Assembly (NCBI GenBank): GCA_032718475.1
Contig: JAUCBJ010003625.1
Location: 1 to 38,910 of the forward strand
Source: Nemertoderma westbladi
Lineage: Eukaryota > Animalia > Xenacoelomorpha
DNA: 38,910 nucleotides
Reading direction: 5' to 3'
The notes below the pieces were generated by a model. It was not told the origin of the DNA. It did not search any database and saw nothing but the letters and a program-made list of their open reading frames with translations. Each line of letters begins with the position of its first letter. Position 1 is the first letter of the stretch. Both the position numbers and the translations under genes were made by a program. Below, one piece after another: positions 1-13,500 of the stretch.

Positions 1-390
1 CGATGTGGGTGATTGATGCAGACTTGCATTAAAGTCTCCCAGGAATGTTAAGAATGCATGCTGATCCACTCCATCAGTAGCTGCTTGTAGATTGTGGTAG
101 AAATTGTCCACCCCCTCTACAGGGGCAACACTAGTTGGAGAGTAGCACACAATCAGAACCACCTTAGGAAACTTCTTAGCCAGTCTTCCAGAACATGAGA
201 AGTGGCAACGGATGATGCGGTTAGAGATTTGGTCTATTTTGTCCAATGCTGCATGTGCAGTTGGATTCATCAATGGACCAATTCCACCATTGCCACTATC
301 ATCTGCTGACGCGAGGGCGAGTCGCCAACCGCCCCCCATGTCCTTAATCAGAACCTCATCAGTCTGTCCAGTCTGCATTCGGTGCAGACA
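1..390 (-). mobile_element. RTE-like non-LTR retrotransposon fragment (apurinic-like endonuclease domain), runs off window edge
   Basis: Manual minus-strand translation gives GNGGIGPLM..ISNRII..VVLIVCYSPT...VDNFYHNLQ...LTFLGDFNA, i.e. the APE motifs (GxG, YSPT, GDFNA) typical of RTE-clade ORFs; frame open to position 1. Confidence 0.7.
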
Positions 391-399
391 TTCGGTGCA

Positions 400-2275
400 T
401 TCGGTACTCGCCTAACACACCCAGATAAGTCACCAATTATTGAGCAAGTGAGACCCACCAATGTTAACAAACCTGATATGACTGAGCTTCGAGAATTCCC
501 ACCAGTATCGAAGGAAGACGTGAAAAAGCTAATTGATGGCTCAAAATCCAAAACTAGCCCGAATGATCCTATTCCGACGGGGTCTCCTAAAACGCTGCAT
601 GGGATTACTCTTACCTATTATCACACTCATAATTAACCTCTCACTCACCGTATTGACTATACCCTTTTTATTCAAAGAAGCTGTGATTTCACCAGTACTG
701 TAAAAAATCAAGCTTGATCCTAACATACTTAAGAACTTCCAACCATTGTCAAATCTGATGTTTATTTCAAAGCTAATTGAAAAAGCTGTAGCAAACTTAC
801 TAATTGAACACATGTGTGTTAATAAGTTTAATGATCCTTTTCAGAGCGCGTACAGATCGATGCACAGCACAGAGACTGCGCTTTTACGAGTCAATAACGA
901 TGTATTCAAGAATATCGACGACGGCTCAGTAGTTCTTCTGATACTGTTAGATCTCAGTGCGGCCTTCAACACAGTCTAGCACTCTATTCTTCTAGACATA
1001 TTGGATAATGATATTGGAGTAAAAGGTGAAGTTTTAAATTGGTTTCGATTTTATCTCACCAAAAGGCAGCAATCAGTCCGGATTGGTAAATCGTACTCTA
1101 AAAAGAAAACTCTACACTTTGGGCTACCCCAGGAATCGGTACTTGGACCTCTACTTTTCACCATATATATGCGCTCACTCAGCAATGTAATCAAGAACCA
1201 TGGGCTCTGCTATCATTTATAAGTTGACAATACACAGCTGAATATTGCCTTCAAACCGTCAAACACTTCCAGTGCCGTTACAATCATTACTGAATGTCTA
1301 CAGTATATAAAACGATGGATGTCCTGTCCACCCACCTGTTGAAGATGAATAATGATAAAACTGAGGTACTTCTAATCCAGTCCAGGTTTTCAGCAGTTGT
1401 GCTGACACATATCAATGTAGGTGACAAGCAGGTCAATCTGACTCATTCAGCGAGAAACATCAGTGCAATTTTTGATACTTACATGAACTTTGAAAAACAT
1501 ATATCATCGACAGTTCGTAGTGCCTTTTTTCAACAACGTAATATCTCAAAAGTTAAACGATGCTTCGACAAAAAGACTAGAAGTTTTAATCCACGTACTG
1601 ATCTCTAGCAAACTAGATTACAACAACGCGTTACATTATGGTCATCCTTGGAATGTGGTTAAAAAGTTGCAGTATGTCCAGAATTCTGCCGCACGCAAGC
1701 TAACAAGAACACGCAAAAGAGACCACATTACACCAGTGTTGAAAGAGCTACATTGGCTACCTATTCTACGCCGGATTGATTTCAAGATTGCGCTAATGAC
1801 CTATAAATGTATTCACAACATCGGCCCATATTATCTTTGTGACCTAGTCCAGCCTTATCATCCGCAAAATGAACTACATTCCGCTGAACTGAGCCTTCTT
1901 AGCGTTCCTAAATTCAATCTTGCAAGATATGGTAAACGATCTTTCGCGGTAGCTGCACCAACAATTTGGAACTCGCTTCCATCAACATTCGCCGATCTCC
2001 CTCGATAGAAATATTTAAGAAACTATTAAAGACCCATTTATTCAAAATGGAATTCCAATGATAATAGTTAAATTTTTTTAACATGAATTATAATCTCACG
2101 TTTCTCAAGTGAACTCATGTTCAGTTCAGTTGTGTTTTTAATTATGTTTTTAACTCTTTTAATTCTGTTCATACAGAGATTGGTTTTTATTAATTTTAAG
2201 ATTATGTGTAATGTGCGCCTTTGACCACTATGTAAAGGGCGCGATATAAATTTATATATTATGATTATGATTATA
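400..2275 (+). mobile_element. Degraded, 5'-truncated L2-clade LINE (RT + C-terminal region, 3' UTR)
   Basis: Frameshifted ORF pieces: [53 protein letters not shown]; 3' stem-loop GCGCCTTT..AAGGGCGC (2215-2242), then ATATAAAT and a TATGAT-type tail; collinear with the intact element at 10022-14337. Confidence 0.9.
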
Positions 2276-2362
2276 CGACCATTTTGATTGAGTGAAGCGC
2301 GAGGTGAATTTTCGATTCGGGATATGTTCTGTAAAACGACGTTTGAAACACGAATTTGAAAC

Positions 2363-3130
2363 AGTTGGCAATATGGTAATCACAGACACCAGTGCCAATA
2401 TTGTAATTACAGACAACAGTACCAATGTTGTAATTACAGACACCAGTGCCAAAATGGTAATTACAGACACCAGTGCCAATATGGTAATTACAGACAACAG
2501 TGCCAATATTGTAATTACAGACACCAGTGCCAATATTGTAATTCCATACACCAGTGCCAATATGGTAATTACAGACACCAGTGCCAATATGGTAATTACA
2601 GACACCAGTGTCAATATTGTAATTACTAATGCCAGTGCCAATATGGTAATTACAGACACCAGTGCCAATAGTGTAATTACAGACACCAGTGCCAATAGTG
2701 TAATTACAGACACCAGTGCTAATATTGTAATTACTAATACCAGTGCCAATATGGTAATTACAGACACCAGTGGCAATATTGTAATTACATACACCAGTGC
2801 CAATATGGTAATTACATACACCAGTGCCAATATGGTAATTACAGACACCATTGCCAATATTGTAATTACATACACCAGTGCCAATATGGTAATTACATAC
2901 ACCAGTGCCAATATGGTAATTACAGACACCAGTGCCAATATGGTAATTACAGACACTAGTGCCAATATGGTAATAACAGACACCAGTGCCAATATTGTAA
3001 TTACAGACGCCAGTGGCAATATTGTAATTACAGACATCAGTGTCAATATGGTAATTACAGACACCAGTGCCAATATGGTAATTACAGACACCAGTGCCAA
3101 TATTGTAATTACAGACACCAGTGCCAATAT
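2363..3130. repeat. 27-bp minisatellite (~28 units, consensus CCAGTGCCAATA(T/G)GTAATTACAGACA-like)
   Basis: Direct tandem repetition; the repetitive ORFs in several frames (SANMVITDT / GTGVCNYHI / ALVSVITIL) follow from the 27-bp period; a further ~1.3 units lie at 3352-3387. Confidence 0.95.
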
Positions 3131-3351
3131 ATTTTTTTTTCACTGAACGTGATTAATTTATTATTGTTCAATAATATGAGAAACCCACCACCAAACTAAA
3201 ATATTTGTATATACAAATGTATTAATTAACCGTGAAAAAAACAAAGGGCGAGGGAAATTCAAATTTGTCAAGTTTGCTGTCTGTCTCCCTTTCAAGTTAG
3301 GCTTGTGTCCGCGTTGGCCAGACGGATGGGTGCTTCTATGATGATGGATGG
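3131..3351 (-). mobile_element. Short retroposed insertion (poly-A tail, 11-bp target-site duplication) interrupting the minisatellite
   Basis: AGTGCCAATAT at 3120-3130 and 3352-3362; T-run at 3132-3140 (poly-A on minus strand) with AATAAA ~20 nt upstream on the minus strand. Confidence 0.6.
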
Positions 3352-3892
3352 AGTGCCAATATTGTAATTACAGACACCAGTGCCAATACGGTACATTTGT
3401 ACAGAACTACTTTATTAACTTGCTATGTGACATGACTAATTACCGCATAGAGACTACAGTGAGTTACAACACCCCAAATAGATATAGATTCAAATATAAA
3501 TATAGGATTCAGCACATTAAACGTCATTTTTTTTTAATTGATTTAAAACGCATTTTGCAGTAATCATTTAATATCTAAAATAAGTCGACAAAATTCAAAC
3601 AATTCTATCTTCAAAATAAAATAATATAAATAATTCGAAAATATACTAAAAGCTTAATTAATGCGCTAGTTACATGTTTAGATTCTTATATTGAAATTAA
3701 TATATGAATAAAACCAAATCTATATGTCAAATCTCACACACCATATTTGCATGCAGTACCTTGTAACATACAGACACATCGTGAAATGACATGAACTCAT
3801 CCCAATAATCTTCAAAACTCCTGACCAAACATGCCATGGCATGGTACGTCTACTGTGTAAACAATACACAGAAAGGACATGCAAATGACAAG

Positions 3893-4550
3893 TTAAGTCG
3901 TTAGGTCATCGGGTAACATCGCTGAACAAGTTCCTTTTATGTTCCCCTGAGTATCAGGAAAGTTAATCAATCCAGGTTTATATTCCAGAAATCCATCTGG
4001 GGAGATATCTACAGGGTATGGAATTAGGTGTCCTGGTAGGTCGTTGGGTTCATCCTGTATGTACAACTCCCAGTTGCGTTCTGCTAACTCATTAACGGTT
4101 TGGATGCAATTAATGCCGCTGGGCTCAAGGAAACGATCTACGTTGTTCACGAACTCTGTTCCTAAATGTTCGGCGAACAATGACATTCGGAATCCGTGGA
4201 CCGCTCCACGAGGTGCCGTGGCTCCATCATCTACGTGTCCCGGCTGGTAGGCCCCAACCGCAATCTCACTGTCACGTCCTCCACTCATTGATCGCTGGTT
4301 GATGTTGGCAGATCCAACGATTGCCACTCCATCATCTACGTGTCCCGGCTGGTAAGCCCCAACCGCAATCTCACTGTCACGTCCTCCACTCATTGATCGC
4401 TGGTTGATGTTGGCGGATCCAACGATTGCCACTTCATCATCTACTATCATCATCTTAGAGTGAACGTAGATCGGGAACCGACGGGTTGACTGCAGATTTG
4501 TCTCGACTGCGGTCGATCCCACGCAGATGTCTTCAGGTAAATCCGCCTCC
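3893..4550 (-). CDS. PLD: PLD exon 7 (second HKD motif, PLD C-terminal domain, stop)
   Basis: Acceptor ttgaAG at 4552-4551; [48 protein letters not shown]. Confidence 0.92.
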
Positions 4551-7500
4551 CTTCAAATAAAAATATTATATAGTAAGCATTAATTCCTGAAAGCCATAAT
4601 GTATGACATATCTAAACTATGCTATAATTTTGAAAGGCAACAGAAACAAATTATATACCTGTTTACTATACAATAAAACCGTAGATATTCAGTTAATTCT
4701 CTTCCTCCTGGTCTATCTGAAGTCCTCAAACAATCAGCCAATCGTTTGTACATCATTTCCATCGTTCTGCATTGCCATTGGAGGATTTCTTGGGTGGCTG
4801 CTGCATTTGGATCGCCTTCTGGGAACATGGGTATGACAATGTAAACTGTGAAATCTTCGTTATTACTACAAAATAATAAATGAATTGTAATTAAATGCAG
4901 AAATTATGCTTGTTATAAAATTTATAATTATTATTTTATTATTTATTATATTCAATAATTATAGAAACAGTTTAACAATTTTTAATTAAATATAGTAAAA
5001 TAATTATCACAGTAGAACACTATTGTATCATTAAAAAGAAAATAATAACAGAATAGGACTACAACAAATTAGGAGAAACTATAGAACCAATAAAGCAACA
5101 ATAAATTTTGACAAACTATAGAACTGAAAAACTGATAAAACAACATATTTTGACAGACTCAAGCATACAGTATGTTCACTATCATATCATTAAAAAGAAA
5201 ACAACAACAGAATAGGACTACTACAATTTAGGAGAAACTGAAGAAAAACAAGTAGAGCAACGGCGTTTAGGGTAAATCAGCAGTCTGGTCTAGAGGTGTC
5301 TCCCCTGTCTCTCCCTGTACCCCTCCACTCCATTTCACCCAAACCGAAAGATTCTGTCACGCAGGAGGAATTGCCGATCTGAACACAGATCCCAATTCGT
5401 TGACGGAGAAATTCAGTGGCACGTTTGTTTCCTGTGCTACTCTCAATGCGTCTACAAACCTCTCGGAGAAATGCCAAGGAGCATGGGCCAATACCACCCA
5501 GGGTTTCAAATGCAACTGGTTGCACAATATAACTATTAGATAGCTCCTTGTACTTATCGAGCATTGGTTCCCCCAAGCTTGACACTAGAACAAAATCGCC
5601 TCCGCTTTGCAGGACATTGCTTTCGCCGTGAGGACCAGCCAGTGCATAATCTTGTACTTTGGCAGCCTCATGGAGTGAATAAGCATGGTGGACAGCCCAA
5701 GACATTCTTGAGATGCATCTTAAAGGACACTGGCCTTAAAGATGCGGATGATCTAGCAAATGTCATGGGTGATAGGGAGTTGTGGCGGTGCAATTTTGTT
5801 TGACAAGCCGGCACAGCATTCTTAAAAATGCAGCTGCAATGCAGCATGCCGATCCTAGTAGTAGTAGTAGTAGTAGTAGAGGTGTTTCGGGTTGATGAGC
5901 ATCTTCCCACCTCGACGGCCATCCAATCATTCTGCATTGCATGACATTTATTCCCAAATCACAATAAAAATTAGGAAAGTAACCTATCAACTGTATTAAA
6001 AGCATGGCGAGAAGACAATGATCTAACCACTGCCTTATATAAAATGGTGGTTCCAACACCAACCTGAAGTGGCTTTAATGATGTGTGGCTATACCATTGG
6101 TAGACGAGTTCATGCAATTTGTCCGATCTCCTTGATGACACTTCAACACAAATGTGATATCACTGATCATACTTTTTCTTGTGAAGGAATAGGGTATAGA
6201 TTGTGGAAGCACCCCTCGAAAAGGGTCACACAGGTAGAAGGTTATGCACCCCTGCACCCCCCCCCCCCCCCCCCCTACTACAACTACTACTACTACTAGG
6301 ATCGGCATGCAGCATTGCAGCTTCATTTTTAAGAATGCTGTGACGGCTTGTCGACAAAATTGCGCCGCCACAACTCCCTATCACCCATGACATTTCCTAG
6401 ATCATCCGCATCTTCAAGGCCAGTGTCTTTTAAAATGCGTCTCAAGAAAGTCATGGGCTGACCACCATGCCTATTCACTCCATGAGGCTGCCAAAACACA
6501 AGATTATGCACTGGATGGTCCTCACGGCGAAAGCAATGTCCTGCAAAGCGGAGGCGATTTTGATATAGTGTCAAGCTTGGGGGAACCAATGAGACACCTC
6601 CTATGTTATATAGTGTCTGATTGAAGATATGTGCATTGTACTTGACACAATGAACTCGGCGTAGCATTCTTGTGAATGTGCCATCCAAAGATTTGGTGTC
6701 CTCAGCAGTTAGAGCCCAGCATGGACTCCCATAGATGAGTACTGGAACTACTACTGCTCTAAATAATCGGACCTTAAGCTTCCGATCAATTATCTGTGAC
6801 TTCCAAATCCTGGAAATCCTATTCAAGGCTTTACAGGATGCCTTTCCCTTACTTATTCGAAGGTCCTCACCTGACTTCCGGATCAATGCCCCCGCCAATG
6901 CGAAATCTCGATAAAATATATCCAAACTTGGTACATATGTAGTCTGGCAAAAGTTTAGAAATTTTCCAAGTTGAATTTGCGTTGGGTCTTCGTGCAGTAT
7001 CTGTGTAACTGTCTTACAGTTATAATAAATTTATCTCCCCAAAAATTATTAGGCTTGGCATCAGCTGGTTGCTAGGAGACAACGGGATTACAGTACGGTA
7101 CCAGTACTGTTAACTGTTACAGTGGTACAGAGTTACCAGTACCGTCTTCAGGTCGTTGGTCGTTGGCAAGGCCATCTAAACAACAGGCCATGACAAGGAC
7201 CTAGCCTTCAAAATTATCGTAGGCTGACTGCTGATTATGGTACCTAAACCTGTAAACTGTACCTAATCTCAGAAGCTATATACTGTTATTGGGCTTTGGA
7301 ATAACATTAAAATATTTTATTATAAAACCATCGGAAATATCCGCAAATGCCACTCCATTACTGTTTTAAACGCTTCCGACAGTCCGATGTATCTAGACCC
7401 GAGCAGCCGAGTGGCATCAAGATGCGATTAACTGAGGAATAAATACTACGGAATTGCTTGCTTGCCAATAAGATTCTATTTACTACACTGGGAATACGGC

Positions 7501-10500
7501 GGTCGGTCGGATCATAATGCGGGCCACTGCCAAGTTCCTCATGTCTCACTCAGGCCACCCACCTTGGAGTGCGGTGGGAAGAGTCCGACTTACGTCGACG
7601 ACTGGACGAATCGACGAGGATTGCGATTTGGGTTTAGTCCGGTGACTACGGACGGATACTGGGATGAGCAGGTATTTCGAACGAGTTTCTCTTATTCTCG
7701 ATTTTCTCGAATTCTCGATATTTCCTATAAACCACATGTTTTCGCATATTGAACGTGTGATTGGAAATAAGTTTGTGCTACGCTTCCGCCACTTGGGTGG
7801 TAGATGTCGCGGTTATGTATTGGTTGGTAGGAAGGGGGGGGGGGGGGGGGGGGGTGGTGTTACAGATTAAAAGGGTTGAACACGTACTGTCCCCCTTTTT
7901 TTTATTGATTGTTGGTATGGTTAAATTTCTCAAATACTGATTTTGTGATACAGTCGCTCAATTTTTTTTTGTATCTCATAACTGGGCCTCGTCCTGCGCG
8001 AAGGCCCCACGAACGTGTTTGAGGTGCTTAAGTCTGAGAATTCCCTACTATAGAAAATTTGTTACTCTATAAGCTCAAGGTCTGATCTGAGAAGGACCAT
8101 GAGCTGAATCTGGTGGTACAGGTATAATTGTCATAGATCTACTACATTGAAGCCAATACAATCAACTATGTTGCTAATTAATCCATCTTATATGTTGTAT
8201 GATTCCAACATCAATAAATAAACAGTTTGACTTACTTTATCTTTCTAATGATCTTGTTTACAATCTCTATAGGTACCAAGTGAATAGCCTTTGTCGCTGG
8301 TTTGTCCCAAGCATGTGCACTCCCGAGGAAGTATTGATTCTCGATGTAGATAAATTTATTGGCTCGCCGTATGTGGTGAATATAGGCCTTGTAGATAGAT
8401 GCTTCAGTGTTCTTTCCTGATTTCTTCAGAAGACTATTTTTTAGGTTTTCTTTAAAACTCACCGAATCGCTGTTTATCGACCTAGAAAGTAAATTATTTA
8501 GTAAAGATAAACAGAGTACTGATTAGCTTGGCTATATTATGCTAATCCTTGATATTTTGTATTAATATTACATTATAAATGTTATTATAATTATTTTTAA
8601 TATTGCATTAACATGAACTTGTTACACATGTTAAAAACAAGTAAAATTTATACAATATTTTATGATTAATTGATACAATATTATTTAACGATTTAAATTA
8701 CATATTTTTTCTAACCTGAACAATTGAACACTCCATGTATCAGAAGGATTATCATCTACAACACCATCGATGTCATAGTCTTCCGGAGATAAATCTTCAA
8801 GTAGATCTGCTTTATTCTTTGCTTGCTTTATCCAACGCTCTTTGAAGTTGAGTAAAACATCATAAACAATTCGCCCCTCTATCTGCACCAGCATATAAAA
8901 AGCATTATGATATAAAATAGATTTTGTTTCATTATGTCAACTTAACAGCGTGAATTATAGTCCATGGGCCATCCGGCTTAGGGGATACTTTTTGGTAACA
9001 ATCTGGAACTTTTATTTTTGGGAAGACCTATCTTTTGGCCTCTCATTTTGATATGATAACAAATCTGAATCGGTAGCTGAATTGGTGTTATCACCGGTTG
9101 AATATGGAAATGGCAAAATATCAAACATGCTGTAGTAGTCTAAGAACTCAATATAAATTCATCGCGTCTGGTCTTACTTAGTTTTAATTAGTTTACTAAT
9201 CTAATTAGTTTACTTTTCGAATGACCTCCACATTATTAATTTGACCCTTATGATGTCTATTTAAGTTATTTAGTTTTCGAATGACTTCCCAATTATTCTA
9301 CACGTTTTCTGGACTCAATGATGCTCTATTTATATTACACCGTTATTTGCTATTCTGCTGTTTGTATTTCACTAGTTGTTGTTACTTGGTGCTCGTTAAT
9401 TTGTTTTCCCCTAATTTCATTCTGTCAATAAAATAATAATAATGGGAGGGCCATGGGCCGTATTTATGTATATTATGATAACTTAAGGATGGTGGTTTGG
9501 GTTGATTTGATTTAGAAACAACCAATTAGTTGAGATTTTGCGGTTTCAAGTTGATGTTCTATGGGACTTTCAGATTATCGGTAATTTCTTATAAACTGTT
9601 ATGTTATTTTTTATTTCATACACAAAAAAGTGTTCTAGAAAATATATCAAAAAATATATCACAGAGTACACCCGTGGACTAAGAATACTCCATTTCCTCT
9701 TATGACATCATACGAACTAAGAATACTTACATACCTAATTAAGTATTTATTAAATAAAGTGGATTTAGTATTCAAAAATGTCATTATATAGAGGGAATCA
9801 TCTTTACAGAAATCATTTAGGAACAATGATATTCTAAAGTTAATACTAACCTTATTTTATGGTAGGTGTCAAGTCATATGTTTCATTGTGTGCGTCTGGG
9901 TCATTATTTGGATTGTAAACTTAATTTCAGTGGTAAACTGTATGAAATTACAGTTTTTTTTACTTTACGACTGAATTATTTATCTGGCAGTATCGACATC
10001 GAGAAAATATTGTAGAGCTCAATGGCTAAAGCCCCCACCAAAGAGAAGAGCAGCTGGACTAATCAGTCGGTCTGTTGCACAGAGTGTGACGTTATTTGGA
10101 CAGATATCAGGTATATGAAGTCGACGGCGGCGGCGGAAACCATAAAGAACAGCGACTTTCTTTGCGGAATCTGTGCCGCAGGTACAACAGCAACACTCCG
10201 GAAACAGATTGCCGAACTGCGGAGCAAAACAGCGATAATAACGGAATCGATATCAGGCGACGGCGACGAGGATAATCCGATCTCATGGTCGTCAGTCGTA
10301 TCCTGGCGAAAAAAGAGACAAGCGGGCGGCATTGTTCAGCCGAGTAATGTTTCAATCATTGCGAGAGAGTTGCAGAATGAAGTAAAACTTCAAGAGGAGA
10401 AGAAAAATAACCTCATCGTAAGTGGTGTTCCAACAAGTTCTGATCTTAGTGACGAGGAAATAATTGTCGACATCGCACTCGATATAGGAGTGGAGCTGTC

Positions 10501-13500
10501 AACAGTTGATGTCATTAATACTAAACGGATTGCCCCTTATTCGAGGGCCAAAAGAAATCAAGAAAGAATTGGGTCAACTCAAACCCATAATTCAAATGCT
10601 CATCTTCGGAAGATCGTGGTTACCCTCAGCCCGGAAAATCGGCGACTGCTCCTGCAGTCTTCCAAGAAGCTCAAGGACTCGCTACGTCATGGTTCAGTTT
10701 ATGTCAATCCAGATCTTACTGCGGCTGAGCGGAAGGAACAGTATGAACTTCGTGAGGCTTTGCGACAGAAACGCGTTAATGCGCCTGCGAAACAATGGAT
10801 TATCCGCCGCAATCAAGTAGTTGAATTATCCAACAGACGTTCGTCACCAGCTGCTATGAGAGCCGACGATTCGGTTGTAGCCGTTGAGGGAATGGACTGA
10901 CTGGTGGATGCCGACTTTGAAATGACCTCAACAGAACGTGTCATCCAGACCTCGCAAGTTCCGGCCTCGCCAGTCCGGGCCGGGCTTGTTCCGGTGTCGC
11001 CAGCCACCATGGCCTCCTCGCCATTTTGGGCCATCCCAGCCTTGCCAGTCCGGGCCTCCACGGTCTCGCTTGTTCCGGCGTTGCCAGCCAACACGGCTTC
11101 GCCAGTTCTAGCCTCACCAGTCCATGCCTCAACAGCATCTCCAGTTCAGGCCTCTGCGACCTCGCCGGAAGTCTCAGACACAGTTTCCACAGCATCTGTT
11201 CAGTCACCCTCGGACCCCGGTTCCACAGCAAGAAAAATTAACTTTTGCCTTTTCAACCCACGATCAGTATGTAATAAATCCGACTTTATAAAGGACTATA
11301 TTGTTGACAATAATGTTGATGTTATGGCAGTAACAGAGACTTGGCTGACTGGGACTGATGATGATGTGTGGATTACAAAAAACATTTGTACTCTTGGCTA
11401 CCGCATTATCCATCGACCACGGATTTATCGTATTGGTGGAGGAACTGCTTTAATATATAAAGATTCTCTCAATGTAAAACTCGGTTCAACTAATAATGAC
11501 TATGTAACTTTTGAAGTATTGGAGTTATTGCTTCATCAGGAAAGATCACTATGGAGAATCTACGTGATATATAGACCATGCCCAAGTAGTAAAAATGGCT
11601 TGAACGTTGGAAACTTTATGGAGGAATTTTCCACCTTTCTAGAACATGTTACTACAACTACTGGGAAATTATTGATAGTTGGGGATTTTAACTTTCATGT
11701 GGATGATAAGAATGATAAGGATGCACAGAAATTTTTGGAACTCTTAGACTGCTTCGGTTTCACACAACATGTAAATGAACCAACACACATAGCCGGTCAT
11801 ACTCTGGATCTGATTATATCACCTACTGAGGAGAGCCTGGGTACCAATACGATACACATACGTGATATTGGATTATCAGATCATTTTACAGTCATGTTTA
11901 ACCCTGATTTTGACAGTCATAAACATGATAATCTCGGAATGAAGACATTCAGAAAGTATTCACACGTGGATATTGAATCATTTTGTGAAGATATTCTTGG
12001 TTCAAATTTAGCATGTTCACAGACGGAGTACAGCCTGGATAATCTAGTGACTGGATATCACGACGTACTGGCGGATTTGCTCGATCAACATGCACCACTT
12101 ATACAGGTAACCAACAATAAACGGCCATCAGCCCCATGGTACTCGGTAGAGATTGCAGATCAGAAGAGGATTCGGCGCAAGCTCGAGAGGAAAAAGAGCC
12201 GGAGAGATTCAAATGAGACTGACAAGATATTATACCGTGAGAAATGCAAAGAGGTCGCTGATCACATAACGAGAACAAAGCAGAATTACTACAGAGAACT
12301 TGTTGCGAGTCCTGGTATCGATACACGCGACTTATTTAAGGTTATTAATAAAACTTTGCATCGTGAACAGAGTACTTGTTTACCACAGCACGACTCTGAA
12401 CTAGACTTGGCAAACAATTTTGCCGACTACTTCGATGGTAAGATACAAAAGTTACAAGACGAGTTGGATAACTACAATGTTGATTACACTACTCAGTCTT
12501 CCACAGTCACTGATGACTTCAACATTGAGCAAAATGCAACATTTGCAGGATCAACGGACATTCCAAAGCCAGTATTTGACAAGTTCGATTCTGTATCACC
12601 TGATGACGTTAACGACATGTTAAAGGACATGAAGTCAAAGACAAGCCAAACTGACCCAATTCCAACCTGGATGGTAAAACGCTCCATCTCAGTCTTGCTA
12701 CCAATACTAGTTGCGATTGTCAATCTATCTTTGTCTCTTGCGAAATTTCCACAGTCTCTAAAAGATGCTGTCTTGACACCAATATTGAAAAAACTTAATT
12801 TAAATCCCGAGTTATTAAAGAACTTTCGACCTGTGTCAAATTTGAAGTTTCTCTGCAAACTGATAGAAAAGGCCGTTGCCATTCAACTAATAAAGCATCT
12901 TGAAATTAACAACCTATATGAGCCCTTGCAAAGTGGTTATCGCAAATGGCACAGCACTGAGACGGTATTGCTCAGGGTTCACAATGATATGCTCTGCGGA
13001 ATCGATAATGGTAGCGCTGTATTGCTGATTCAGTTGGACTTGAGCTCTGCCTTCGACACCATAGAACATGAGAAGCTACTTAATATACTGCAGAGAGACA
13101 TTGGAGTGACCGGCGATGTTCTCTCATGGTTCAAATCGTACCTGTGTGATAGAACTCAATCAGTCTCAATAGGAAGTGAACGTTCTAGAATATTTAAACT
13201 GCGTTATGGTGTCCCACAGGGTTCGGTCTTGGGCCCATTGTTATTCATCATCTACATGCAGTCTCTAGGGAATGTTATCCGGAAGCACGGTCTATCGCAT
13301 CACATATATGCGGATGACACCCAAATTTATATATTATTTAAGCCTGAACAATATTTACAAGCGAAATCAGTCACCGAAGAATGTTTGAAAGAGATTCAGG
13401 AATGGATGAGGGAGCACTTCTTGAAGTTGAATACCGATAAAACTGAAACAATTTTGTTACAATCACGCTATGCGGCACCTCCACATCACATGAATGGTGC

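Noticed and set aside
2252-3146. Three ~290-aa repetitive ORFs (could be read as antifreeze-like or membrane proteins)
   Set aside because: Open frames on both strands arise from a stop-free 27-bp tandem unit; no unique flanking coding sequence or splice context
8956-9682. Possible MITE bounded by TAGTCCA(T/C)GGG inverted motifs
   Set aside because: An 11-bp imperfect match without a clear TSD is insufficient
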